From Octopus bimaculoides (Eukaryota), in assembly GCF_001194135.2 (NCBI RefSeq), contig NC_068983.1, forward strand, positions 47,917,119-47,957,816: a stretch of 40,698 bases of DNA, written 5' to 3'. A program made the position numbers and the translations under genes. The stretch's first letter is position 1. Each line of letters begins with the position of its first letter. Below are positions 1-10,680 of the stretch, in pieces. Below the pieces are notes generated by a model. It was not told the DNA's origin and searched no databases. It worked only from the letters and a program-made list of their open reading frames with translations.

Positions 1-39
<39 letters not shown>

Positions 40-135
40 CATATTTGTATATATATATATATACACATACATATATGTATATATATATATATATACATAC
101 ATATATGTATATATATATATATATATACATATATA
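1..135. repeat. (TA)n/(TACA) microsatellite in the intron upstream of the FAM167 exon
   Basis: Direct reading: near-continuous TA repeats with acac interruptions. Confidence 0.95.
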
Positions 136-234
136 CAAGTCTGGATTTGAAATTATTTAGAGAATTAAAAGTAATGCGATTTATAGAATTTACGTATTTA
201 ATTCTTTTCATCACTTTCTATTTTATCTTTGTAG

Positions 235-489
235 GAGAAAATGCGCGACGTTGATCACACATTAGCAACACAGTTGTTGTCACTTCGTAGCGAGATACAG
301 AAGTTGAAACTGGAACGAAGCTGCGAAAACCACCAAGAACTTCTCGAAGACGTCAAAGATGAATTGAGCGAACGCGAAACGCTCTTGACTGTATGCGATA
401 TACCGTACGATATGGACGATGAAAATCCACTGAAGCAAATCGGTCTCACACGAATGAACATCAGCAGTCGCCGTTTTTCTACGTGTTGA
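235..489 (+). CDS. FAM167: Terminal coding exon of a FAM167/DUF3259-family protein (upstream exons lie outside the window)
   Basis: Polypyrimidine tract and acceptor (ttttatctttgtag|, AG at 233-234), then phase-0 [37 protein letters not shown]...[23 protein letters not shown]. This matches the recalled FAM167A C-terminus ([28 protein letters not shown]..ML...[20 protein letters not shown]). Confidence 0.88.
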   Translation, partial: EKMRDVDHTLATQLLSLRSEIQKLKLERSCENHQELLEDVKDELSERETLLTVCDIPYDMDDENPLKQIGLTRMNISSRRFSTC

Positions 490-579
490 GTTTTACGTTG
501 CTACGCCGTGATTTATTTTCAAGGGGGAGACAAGTGTTTCTAAATTGACTTTTCAGAATTTCCATCAACATCATTATAA

Positions 580-629
<50 letters not shown>

Positions 630-802
630 AATAAAATGTATGTGTAACATATATGTAATAAAATTTATAAGATACAGATGTATGTAATGTAATGTATATA
701 AACATTCACGGACACATATTCATAAAGTGCTATAAATATATAATACACATAATGTGTGTGTGTGTATGTATGCATGTATGTATATATATATATAGTAGTT
801 GT

Positions 803-902
803 TCAATCTGTCCTCTTTTTCCGAACTGCTAACTTATGGGGATGTAAAAACATGAACATCGGTTGTCAAGCGCTGGTGGTGGTGGTGGGGCAAACAAATA
901 CA

Positions 903-936
<34 letters not shown>

Positions 937-1115
937 CATACATACATACATACATACATACATGTATATGTATTATACGACGGGCTTCTTCCAGTTTCCG
1001 TCTACAAAATCCACTCACAAGGCTTTGGTCGGCCCGAAGCTATAGTAGAAGACACTTACCCCAGGTACCACGCAGAGGGACTGAACCCGGAACCGTGTGG
1101 TTGGGAAGCAAGCTT
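803..1115 (-). mobile_element. tRNA-derived SINE, family A, with internal (TATC)/(TACA) tract
   Basis: Minus strand has a B-box-like ggttcagtccc, then core ggtaagtgtcttctactatagc...cccgtcgtat. It closely matches the copy at 33385-33787. Confidence 0.85.
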
Positions 1116-1572
1116 AATATATATTATATATATATGTTTATATAAGCATGAACACACATACCTACACACGCATACCTACACACACATGCTCGCATAAAGT
1201 ACCTGGGTACTTTTGACATTGCTACCCCGTATAGTTGTAATCCTGTATCCTGACTGAATCCTGTATACATAGCTGTGTATAAAATTATGTGCAAGAAAAG
1301 ATGAATGTAAATCATATATCATATATTGATTATTGTGATAGAATTTCTGAACGATGAATAACATTCTATCTACAATTCATTTATCGTTCATATAAATATA
1401 AGTCTGGGAAACCGTTTGAATACACATATAAAAGCTTCTTATTTCATTATACCGGCTACAACGTAATGATACCAACTGGCAATACCAGTTGTTTTGAGTC
1501 TCACCCATCTGTGCTGATATAATGCAGGATAAATATAGTGGTAGTAGTAGTAATAATAATAAATATTATGAC

Positions 1573-1770
1573 AATCCTTTTTGCTATAGGCACAAGGCCT
1601 GAAATTTGGGGGAGGGGGCTAATCGATTACATCGATCTCAGTGTTTCACTGGTACTTAATTTATCGATCGCGAAAGTATAAAAGAGAAAGTCGACTTCGG
1701 CGGAATTTGACCTCAGAACGCAATAAAGCATTTTGCTCGGTGTACTAACAGTTATGCCTGCTTCTCGCCT
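1573..1770 (-). mobile_element. tRNA-derived SINE, family B, tail type ccccaaatttcaggccttgtgcc
   Basis: Homologous to the copies at 4535-4952, 16869-17465 and 29808-30040 (gtcgactt..ggcggaatttga, ggtacttaatttatcga). Confidence 0.85.
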
Positions 1771-1853
1771 TATAAATTTTAGTAGTAGTAGTAGTAGTAA
1801 TAATCATAATAGTCCATGAATGTAATTTATAAATATTTTACTGCGTGTTTTAC

Positions 1854-2060
1854 GCGCGTTTCCACAAATTACATGTTTCTTACGATCATAGACCCTATTC
1901 TTGGGATGATTACAATACAGTCCCTAATATCCATGGACAGCGGGTAGATCATATTCATGCGTTGATTTTATTTTGGCGACAGAGCGTTAACGGATATACT
2001 GTAGTCATAACAGCAATACGGACTATAATCATAAGAAACATGTGATTTGTGGAAACGCGC
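1854..2060. mobile_element. MITE-like inverted-repeat element
   Basis: Left end gcgcgtttccacaaattacatgtttcttacgatcatag vs reverse complement of the right end gcgcgtttccacaaatcacatgtttcttatgattatag: 35/38 identical. Imperfect pairing continues to about 70 bp. Flanks are TA-rich. Confidence 0.75.
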
Positions 2061-2258
2061 TTAATGATACATTAAACTATTTATTAATTCCATCCATAAA
2101 TTATTATAATTGTTGTTATTAACATTACTTTTTATTATATGTATGTATGTTATGTATAATGTTGATCAAACGTCGAAGATCACGCCTCCGTAAAGAATCC
2201 AGTACACTTTATATGTAGAATATACATATGTATACTAATGTCTTCCGAGTATATTTAG

Positions 2259-2495
2259 TGGACGGAAACTGTGTGTGCGTTTGTGAGTGCTTTCCTGGTT
2301 GTTCCTCCGCACTGCTTGACAAACGGTGATGGATTGTTTATGTCCCCGTGACGTAGTCTTTTGTAAAAAAGAGACCAAGAATGTAAATGTCATAATAAAA
2401 AAAAAATATATTGAGGTCGATTTATTCGTATAAAACACTTCAAAGCGATGCTCCAACATGGCCGCAGTCCAGTTATTGAAAGAAGTCAAAATTAA
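2259..2495 (+). mobile_element. SINE family A, degraded 3' half
   Basis: gacggaaact...tgcttgacaaacggtg...tgtccccgtgac...gaggtcgattt...gctccaacatggccgcagtc aligns to the reverse complement of 33385-33660. Confidence 0.75.
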
Positions 2496-3044
2496 AGGTG
2501 AAAAGTAAAGCTGAAAATTTATTATTCAAGTTTTACATGTCATGTAGTTACCTTTGTTTTTGTCTGTGGTACCAGATGACTTATTCAAATGTAATAATAG
2601 TGGTTAATTAAAATCTAGCAATATTTATATCAGGAATTGTCATTTCTACAGGCAAATATTATCGAAACAATGTCAGGAGGAATGCACAAATGGAATAAAG
2701 AAACGCAGGATGTTTGACATGTTTGGAAAATGTCGAATGTATTAAAGAATGACAGAATACCAGACAAATTTAAAGGAAATGAATTTATGTTCGTAAACGT
2801 TGTATCTTAAGTTTATGCACTGTAAAACTTCAATCTGGTAATCACTATACACTCACATATAAACATATTAACGGTTGTTTACTTCATAAGAACTTTGAAA
2901 CTTCGATTGAATATTTTTTAACACACAACTACATGAACTAAAGGATACACTCATCACCAAGAACTACCCATCTTTACTAATTACTCCTAGCTGTCTGTTA
3001 TTATTATTATTACAATTATTATATGCCTAACTATGGTGAGTGTG

Positions 3045-3097
3045 TATATATATATATATATATATATGTGCTGAAATATATATATATATATGTGCTG

Positions 3098-3132
<35 letters not shown>

Positions 3133-3161
3133 CTGAAATATATATATATATATATGTGCTG

Positions 3162-3196
<35 letters not shown>

Positions 3197-3212
3197 GAAA
3201 TATATATATATT
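3045..3212. repeat. Compound tandem repeat of gtgctgaaa plus variable (TA)n, 4 units plus a variant
   Basis: Direct reading. Confidence 0.9.
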
Positions 3213-3378
3213 AAATTAAATTACAATGAACGTAAACAATCAAATGAAGTTTGCTTTTAGAAGCGTTAAGAAGTCTTAGAAAGTTAAAGAAATGATGTTA
3301 AATTCTCAAACGCAGGATTATGCTAATAATATAGCCTGAACAGGATAGGCTACCCCTATTTTGCAGAAAAAAGTGTTG

Positions 3379-3459
3379 GTGGTCAGCTTTGAGACTCGAA
3401 CTCACACCTCCGTGATTACGCGTCGCGGTGCTCTAGATCGATTAAGCTAAACTGCCCCC
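3379..3459 (-). other. tRNA-like (pseudo-tRNA) module inside flanking inverted repeats
   Basis: Minus strand ggggcagtttagcttaatcgatctagagcaccgcgacgcgtaatcacggaggtgtgagttcgagtctcaaagctgacca has an A-box-like tagcttaatcg and a T-arm gtgag-ttcgagt-ctca. It is flanked by tttgcagaaaaa inverted repeats at 3360-3371 and 3468-3479. Confidence 0.65.
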
Positions 3460-3659
3460 ACCCCACATTTTTCTGCAAATTTAAGATGTATAGAAATCTC
3501 GCTTTATGAGACGCTANNNNNNNNNNNNNNNNNNNNNNNNNNNNNNNNNNNNNNNNNNNNNNNNNNNNNNNNNNNNNNNNNNNNNNNNNNNNNNNNNNNN
3601 NNNNNNNNNNNNNNNNGCCACTTGGCTGAAACCCATAAATAAATAAATAAATAAATATA

Positions 3660-4270
3660 TATATGTGGTGAAATATGGATCAGAAAAAATATATTTCCTA
3701 TTTCCTGAAACAAATACTTGCTTAGAAATATGTTATTATTAGGGTCTTAAGAAATATATCTCAGGGAAGGTTACACAAAAGAAACTTTAAGCGTGTTATA
3801 CAACATACAATAAGGCCTTACATACCGGATTCTTTTTATACCATCCAAATACATGTGAATATATCTATGCCTATTCTTGACACACTATTTTTAGAAACAG
3901 GCAAATACACACACACGACTATCTCTATTCATATAAAAAATATACAACAATATATATAGGAGTAATTTCAACCATGTTTCGAGGTCTGCTACCACAACAG
4001 CTCCTTTATAGGATCCAGTTAGCTCAAGACATCATCAGGAGGAACCACGTCCGGTTTCGGCCCCTACACCTCTACCGTTTTGACGTGGCGGGGCCACCCC
4101 CTTTCGGAGGTGTCTTCAGCTCTGGTGTTGGGTGCATGTCTTCTTTCACTGTTTGTATAGAAATCCCACCTAGCTTTGACACGTATTTACAAGGAAATAA
4201 AAAAACCGGTGTAACCCTAAATGAAAGAAAGCCTACTATGCTTTCTCTTAATTTTCAGAGAGGATATATC
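3660..4270 (-). mobile_element. Probable Penelope-like element terminal (pseudo-LTR) fragment
   Basis: Minus-strand CTGATGA (4032-4038) ... CTCGAAACATG (3974-3984) is the typical Penelope-end signature. The family assignment is an inference, and no RT or GIY-YIG ORF is visible. Confidence 0.4.
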
Positions 4271-4534
4271 TATCTANNNNNNNNNNNNNNNNNNNNNNNN
4301 NNNNNNNNNNNNNNNNNNNNNNNNNNNNNNNNNNNNNNNNNNNNNNNNNNNNNNNNNNNNNNNNNNNNNNNNNNNNNNNNNNNNNNNNNNNNNNNNNNNN
4401 NNNNNNNNNNNNNNNNNNNNNNNNNNNNNNNNNNNNNNNNNNNNNNNNNNNNNNNNNNNNNNNNNNNNNNNNNNNNNNNNNNNNNNNNNNNNNNNNNNNN
4501 NNNNNNNNNNNNNNNNNNNNNNNNNNNNNNNNNN

Positions 4535-4720
4535 AGGTACAAGGCTCGAAATTTTGTGGGAGGGGGCCAATCGATTAGATCAACCCTAGAACGCAACTGA
4601 TACTTAGTTTATCGACCCCGAAAGGATGAAAGGCAAAGTCGACCTCAGCGGAATTTGAACTCAGAACGTAAAGACAAACGAAATACGGCTAAGCATTTCG
4701 CTCGGCGTGTTAACGTTTCT
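4535..4720 (-). mobile_element. SINE family B (5'-clipped), head-to-tail with the next copy
   Basis: ttatcgaccccgaaaggatgaaaggcaaagtcgacctcagcggaatttgaactcagaacg; tail of the 1573-type. Confidence 0.9.
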
Positions 4721-4952
4721 TATTTCTTTATTGCCCACAAGGGGCTAAACATAGAGGGGACAAACAAGGACAGACAAAGGGATTAAGTCGATTACATCGA
4801 CCCCAGTGCGTAACTGGTACTTAATTTATCGACCCCGAATGGATGAAAGGCCAAGTCGACCTCGGCGGAATATGAACTCAGAACGCAACGGCAGACGAAA
4901 TACTGCTAAGCATTTCGCCCAGCGTGTTAACGCTTCTTCCAGCTCGCCGCCT
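4721..4952 (-). mobile_element. SINE family B, full length and relatively young, tail type cttgtttgtcccctctatgtttagcccc
   Basis: Near-identical to the reverse complement of 29808-30040; has A-box tggaagaagcg/tggcagaaacg and B-box gagttca(t/a)attcc. Confidence 0.9.
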
Positions 4953-5837
4953 TAGAAGGCTAGAAATAATATTGTTTTTTCATTTTATCAGAGGGTCACC
5001 AGACCTGAGGGCATGGGTTAGTCGAACATTTTGACCGTTGTTTTGTTTTGTGGACTCAGAAAGAGGCATATTTTAACAATTTGAACTCACAACCTGATGT
5101 ATCGAATAAAATACGGCAGGTCATGTTGGACGATGTTCTAACGTTTCTGCCATTTATTTTCTTTCATTGACTACAATGCTGTCAAAGAAATAATGACCTC
5201 TTATATTGATCCAGTAAATAAATATGCCATTTCAAATGCAATTTGCTGTTCAAGGCGACATTAACATTAACAATATCTGCAGCAGATGCAGCAGTGCTTT
5301 TGCGAATTCGTTAGGTATCAGCGCTAATTTCCTCTCTTCCTAAATGTATAGCTTGCAGGCGGAATAATATACATCATAATTACCTGATTACCTGCACGTA
5401 GATTTTCTACTACATCTTTATGTAGTATATTTACAATATTCTAAAAAAAGGGGTAACAGATTTCTAGAAAAAAAGAGCATCAATGAATCTGTGGAAATTT
5501 ATAGGATCATCTATTTGAGTTTACAGTTTTGTGTAAGATGTTATTGATGATTACTTGAAGCAAAAGAAAACAACAAAAAACAAGCAACAAATCCCCCAGA
5601 GATCCAGCAATATAAAGCAGCTTAAGCATATAATCATATAGTATTTGTTAACACATTGGTGATATTGGTGGGATAGGAAGACCTACAACCATGATTTAAT
5701 TTTTAGAGCTTACATACTGGCAGAAAGAACTGAGCTGAATGCACACATTAGAAACCTAATAACTAGATGATAGGTTACAACCTGGCGACGAAGTCTAACT
5801 CTGTCAATAAACAAATAAATAAAGGAACATTCCTACC

Positions 5838-5977
5838 GATGAGTCTTCAGGAGTTTCCATCTACCTATTTTTACTCTCAAGGCTGTTTTATATAACACTT
5901 ACCTAAGACTCTACGCTATGGAATAGAACCCCAATGCGCATCGTTGAAAAGCAAGCTTGTAAACCACAAGGCTATAA
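5838..5977 (-). mobile_element. Highly degraded SINE family A fragment
   Basis: gtttccatctacc...caaggct...aacacttacctaag...gcaagctt..aaccacaaggc resembles 975-1115. Confidence 0.55.
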
Positions 5978-6247
5978 GTTAACCAAATGTATATCCTCAC
6001 CTACCATTTTCTTTATGCTGTTCGTAATTAGAACTGTTAACAGCATCACTCTATTTAATTAAGATTAGCTATTCCGTACATCCAGTATTGAATAGTAATA
6101 ACTTCAAATAATCATGCAGCGATGAAATAAGAAATAAATTATTCATTAAATAATGTTTTTAATTATTCCAACAATTACTGGAGACAATTCTGATATGGTG
6201 CTGTCGTATTATCACCTCATCGGTGGGCATTAACTTCCCATACATGT

Positions 6248-6420
6248 TAAGACTGCGGTCATGCTGGTGCACTGTCTTCTTGAGGAATTTTAGTCGGGTG
6301 AATCGACCCCAGTACTTAAAATTTTAAGCCTGGTCTCTTTAGCCGAATCGCTAAGGAACATGGGCATAAACACAGCAGCATTAGTTGTCAAGCGGTGGTG
6401 GGGTTGGGTGAAACATAGAT
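6248..6420 (-). mobile_element. SINE family A 3' part, degraded
   Basis: gactgcggtcatgctgg...aatcgaccccagtactt...ggtctctttagccgaatcgctaag...gttgtcaagcggtgg. Confidence 0.7.
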
Positions 6421-6444
6421 GCACCCACACATACACATTCACAC

Positions 6445-6475
<31 letters not shown>

Positions 6476-6562
6476 CATATATATATATAGTTTTAGGGAA
6501 AATAACCAAGTTTCAAGAACTCATCGATGAAAATCCACTAACACATATAGAAAAATTAATAA

Positions 6563-6699
6563 TTAAAAGCAGAATAAATGAGTATAATATAAAGTAAAGT
6601 AAATATCATAAGATAAATATTATATTATATTATATTATATTATATTTATCTTCTGATATTTACTTTACTTTATATTATACTCATTTATTGTGCTTTTAA
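6563..6699. repeat. Near-perfect palindrome with 58-bp arms and a (TATAT)n loop, ending at a gap
   Basis: 6563-6620 vs reverse complement of 6642-6699: 56/58 identical. Confidence 0.9.
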
Positions 6700-7459
6700 N
6701 NNNNNNNNNNNNNNNNNNNNNNNNNNNNNNNNNNNNNNNNNNNNNNNNNNNNNNNNNNNNNNNNNNNNNNNNNNNNNNNNNNNNNNNNNNNNNNNNNNNN
6801 NNNNNNNNNNNNNNNNNNNNNNNNNNNNNNNNNNNNNNNNNNNNNNNNNNNNNNNNNNNNNNNNNNNNNNNNNNNNNNNNNNNNNNNNNNNNNNNNNNNN
6901 NNNNNNNNNNNNNNNNNNNNNNNNNNNNNNNNNNNNNNNNNNNNNNNNNNNNNNNNNNNNNNNNNNNNNNNNNNNNNNNNNNNNNNNNNNNNNNNNNNNN
7001 NNNNNNNNNNNNNNNNNNNNNNNNNNNNNNNNNNNNNNNNNNNNNNNNNNNNNNNNNNNNNNNNNNNNNNNNNNNNNNNNNNNNNNNNNNNNNNNNNNNN
7101 NNNNNNNNNNNNNNNNNNNNNNNNNNNNNNNNNNNNNNNNNNNNNNNNNNNNNNNNNNNNNNNNNNNNNNNNNNNNNNNNNNNNNNNNNNNNNNNNNNNN
7201 NNNNNNNNNNNNNNNNNNNNNNNNNNNNNNNNNNNNNNNNNNNNNNNNNNNNNNNNNNNNNNNNNNNNNNNNNNNNNNNNNNNNNNNNNNNNNNNNNNNN
7301 NNNNNNNNNNNNNNNNNNNNNNNNNNNNNNNNNNNNNNNNNNNNNNNNNNNNNNNNNNNNNNNNNNNNNNNNNNNNNNNNNNNNNNNNNNNNNNNNNNNN
7401 NNNNNNNNNNNNNNNNNNNNNNNNNNNNNNNNNNNNNNNNNNNNNNNNNNNNNNNNNNN

Positions 7460-7500
<41 letters not shown>

Positions 7501-7659
7501 GCTTATATATACTTGCTTGGAAATGGATGCGTCGCGTTCAATTACATAATAAATAATATATATTATATTATTTATTATCCATTTCCGAGTAAGTTTATCT
7601 TCATCTTTTTGATGCGACTCTCTATTCTGTTTTCTTCTTCTTCCATTTTTTCCCTCCTC

Positions 7660-7830
7660 GCTCCTTCACTGTTTTTTAGCTCTCTCTCTCTCTTCCCTCT
7701 TTCTCTCTCTCTCTCTTCCCTCTTTCTCTCTCTCTCTCTTCCCTCTTTCTCTCTCTCTCTCTTCCCTCTTTCTCTTTCTCTCTCTCTCTCTCTCTCTTCC
7801 CTCTTTCTCTCTCTTCCCTCTTTCTCTTTT
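7660..7830. repeat. CT-rich compound microsatellite
   Basis: Direct reading (ctctttctctctctctcttcc units). Confidence 0.9.
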
Positions 7831-8247
7831 GTCCCTCTCTTGTTGTTCACACGTGACCATCGTCCATCCTTTATTTTCTCATGTGACCATCTTTCTATTC
7901 CTGCACGAACGTTCAATATAACGACGTTTTTTTTCTCTCTCTCTTCTATCATTTCTCTTTAAAAAATTGTTTCTCCCAGCGATCAATATTTTTCTCTCGT
8001 TCTGGTCTGATGACCCTCCATGTTTGTTTTCGTTCGCCTCCACTGTCCCCACTGTCATGTTTCTGTCCCCAACTTTGATCCTCCATAAATCCTGAATTTT
8101 ATTATAGAATTTATGGGAGTAACTTTCTTTGAAGACTCATATTGTCGTTGAATACTTGAAAGAAGTGTAGATAGACAGCCCAGAAGTGATGATGGCTCCT
8201 TTCTCTGTGTTTATTTGTCCTGTTTTCTATTTTTCTCGTTGTTTACG

Positions 8248-8341
8248 TATTTAACTCGTTATTTCATGTTATTTAACTCGTTATTTCATATTATTTAACT
8301 CATTATTTCATGTTATTTAACTCGTTATTTCATGCTATTTG
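8248..8341. repeat. 22-bp minisatellite (tatttaactcgttatttcatgt), about 4 units
   Basis: Direct reading. Confidence 0.9.
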
Positions 8342-8383
8342 CACTGTTAGTGATGTCCTGTACCCATATATATACATATATAC

Positions 8384-8528
8384 ACGAATGGCTTCTTTCA
8401 GCTTGTCTACTATATTCATTCACAAGGCTTTTGTCGGCTCAAGTCACTTGGCCAAGGTGCCACGCTATGAGACCGAACCCGAAGCGATGTGGTTGAGAAG
8501 CATGCTTCTAACCACACAGCCATTCCTG
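8384..8528 (-). mobile_element. SINE family A 5' half with an internal deletion
   Basis: ggcttctttcag...cacaaggcttttgtcggc...cacttggccaaggtgccacgc...gaaccc...tgtggttg...aaccacacagcc. Confidence 0.8.
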
Positions 8529-9143
8529 CATAGTAATGTTTTGAGAAAATAATTACTCGCTGATATGTTTTTAGAACTGTGTAAATTTAACTATGAACTA
8601 TCTAGCTTATCTTGCTCGCGGACACTGTAGTGGTGTTAACAAGATATACAAATATGATTTGCGGTTTGATGTCTGGTACCCTATCGATTCGAACATGTGC
8701 AGTCAGCTGTGACTGATTACTCAAAAGAAATCAATATAGGAAAACCATAAATTCGCCATGCTACTAACTAGAGTATTAAAGAGACCAAACTATACAGTTA
8801 ACCATTATAATATAAATAACATATTTCAGATTGGGAGTAGATATTAGTATAACAGTTGAAATATTCCCAGATATAATTCCAGCAGCAACAGCAGCTGTAA
8901 CAGCAGTCTATAAAAAATTCTTCACCATTAGCTAAAAAGTAGAACATGCTCTGTCAGTACATTTTGCAGATATAAGTGGTTTCCAATTTATTTTTATTTT
9001 GTCATTCTCTTACCGAATGAAAGAGAGGTAAGTGCATAGATAGGAAATTAATAGTAACTTTTATTTGGAACATCACGGACTTGGATTACCATTGTACACC
9101 TTTTAGCATCCTGACATCCTCATGATTAGACGGAAAGAAATAA

Positions 9144-9790
9144 ATACTGACAAGAGCCTTATCTGCAGTGAATTATAATATAACTGAGGATGTTTTAAGG
9201 CAAGCTGAGCGGAATATGAAGTTTGAATATAAGTGTAAAAAATGTAATGGCTTGCTTGACTTCAATTTACAGATTAGCAATATCAGAGAAATGTTCTGTC
9301 GTAACATGTCAGAAGAAGTAACTTCATTTTTCATTGGTTTTATAAAACCAAACTTTGCCCTTACATTTCGGATGACTTTTCCTGCTGTCGAAAGGAATTA
9401 ATGAGATCTAGCTGCGATTATATGTAGCTCATTGCTATGATGTCGGAATTGCAGAGAGAAATTTCCTAATCTTCATATTAACACACTCATGTTGGTTCTG
9501 AAATATCTTATTTTTGAAATGGAAGTTGGACAGTTTTTCACTTTAATCAAATGGAAATGCTGTACATGAACTGATAAATTATCGGAATTTTGACAAGAAG
9601 GTCAATAGTTCGTATGAAAACCTCTATCTAGATTTCCTTAGTAAATGGGTTCTTAATTTCGCCTCGTAACCTCGAGAACGAATTTACTTGGAAGGAGATG
9701 ACGTACCTCGTCTCTTTGAGATTGCGTAATATGAATAAAAGCTTTCATTCAAACAATAACAGTATATGTTATCAGATCCTTAGTACTATG
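9144..9790 (+). pseudogene. Decayed coding relic of unknown family with CxxC motifs
   Basis: Protein-like frame ILTRALSAVNYNITEDVLRQAERNMKFEYKCKKCNGLLDF... continues past stops (CRNCREKFPNLH...VGQFFTLIKWKC) and after a frameshift (SYENLYLDFLSKWVL...ERIYLEGDDVPRLFEI). No family recognised. Confidence 0.35.
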
Positions 9791-9938
9791 AACATTAATA
9801 TGTTGAAAAGACAAAGAGTTATAGAAAGAAAAAAGAAAAATAGCATCGTCAACTAGAAACCGAAACCTCACCGTGGTTGCTCAATCTGTTTAAAAAGAAA
9901 AATTAAGTTTTCTCCAAATCAATTCTTATCACCTAAAT

Positions 9939-10326
9939 GTTGTTGTTGGCACTCCGTCGCTTACGACGTCGAGGGTTCCAGTTGATCCGATCAACGGAAC
10001 AGCCTGCTCGTGAAATTAACGTACAAGTGGCTGAGCACTCCACAGACACGTGTACCCTTAACGTAGTTGTCGTGGAGATTTAGCGTGACACAGAGTGTGA
10101 CAAGGCTGGCCCTTTGAAATATAGGTATTACAGAAACAGGAAGAAAGAGTGAGAGAAGGTTGTGGTGGAGGAGTACAGCAGGGTTCACCACCATCCCCTG
10201 CCGGAGCCTCGTGGAGCTTTAGGTGTTTTCGCTCAATAGACATTCACAATGCCCGGTCTGGGAATCGAAACCACGATCCTATGACCGCGAGTCCGCTGCC
10301 CTAACCACTGGGCCATTGCACCTCCA
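9939..10326 (-). mobile_element. Full-length tRNA-derived SINE, family D, with target-site duplication
   Basis: Head tggaggtgcaatggcccagtggttagggcagcggactcgcgg...gtttcgattccc (A and B boxes) and a (caa)n tail. TSD ttatcacct(g)aaat at 9926-9938 and 10328-10341. Confidence 0.92.
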
Positions 10327-10359
10327 TTTATCACCTGAAATAAAGAATGATAATGAAAT

Positions 10360-10680
10360 TCTGGATCCCCACCGCCCAAACTAGATCGTTACGAGTGGAA
10401 TATATTTTAACATAGGTGTACTCGATCAGAGATAACTTTTGTTAAGCATCAACAAAGGGCCAACAAAAGAGCAGGTCTCTAAGTGTCCACCCGGTCTGCA
10501 AGAAATAGCAGCTAAATATACATCGAATTGCATTCTAATATCATAAAAGAGGTATATGTTGAATTATGTAGTCATAGATGTTTAATTTGAAAATAAAAAT
10601 AAAACGGGTTAGGCACGGTTGGATTACCTGCTCCATCAGGGCTAATCTGGAACTAAGCCGCATGACTTATAACAGCAAAC
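10360..10680 (+). mobile_element. Degraded interspersed repeat (SINE-like, family F)
   Basis: ccacccggtctgcaagaaatagcagctaaat...gctccatcagggctaatctggaactaa resembles an octopus repeat I recall; not verified by search. Confidence 0.4.

Noticed and set aside
625-665. AATAAA hexamers as the FAM167 poly(A) signal
   Set aside because: They lie in very AT-rich, microsatellite-adjacent sequence and cannot be told from chance without 3'-end data.
3379-3459. Functional tRNA gene
   Set aside because: The acceptor and anticodon stems are imperfect and the D loop is non-canonical. Kept only as a tRNA-like module.
3974-4276. ORF MFRGLLPQQ... as a protein gene
   Set aside because: It runs into a gap, overlaps a probable repeat end on the opposite strand, and has no recognisable motif or splice support.
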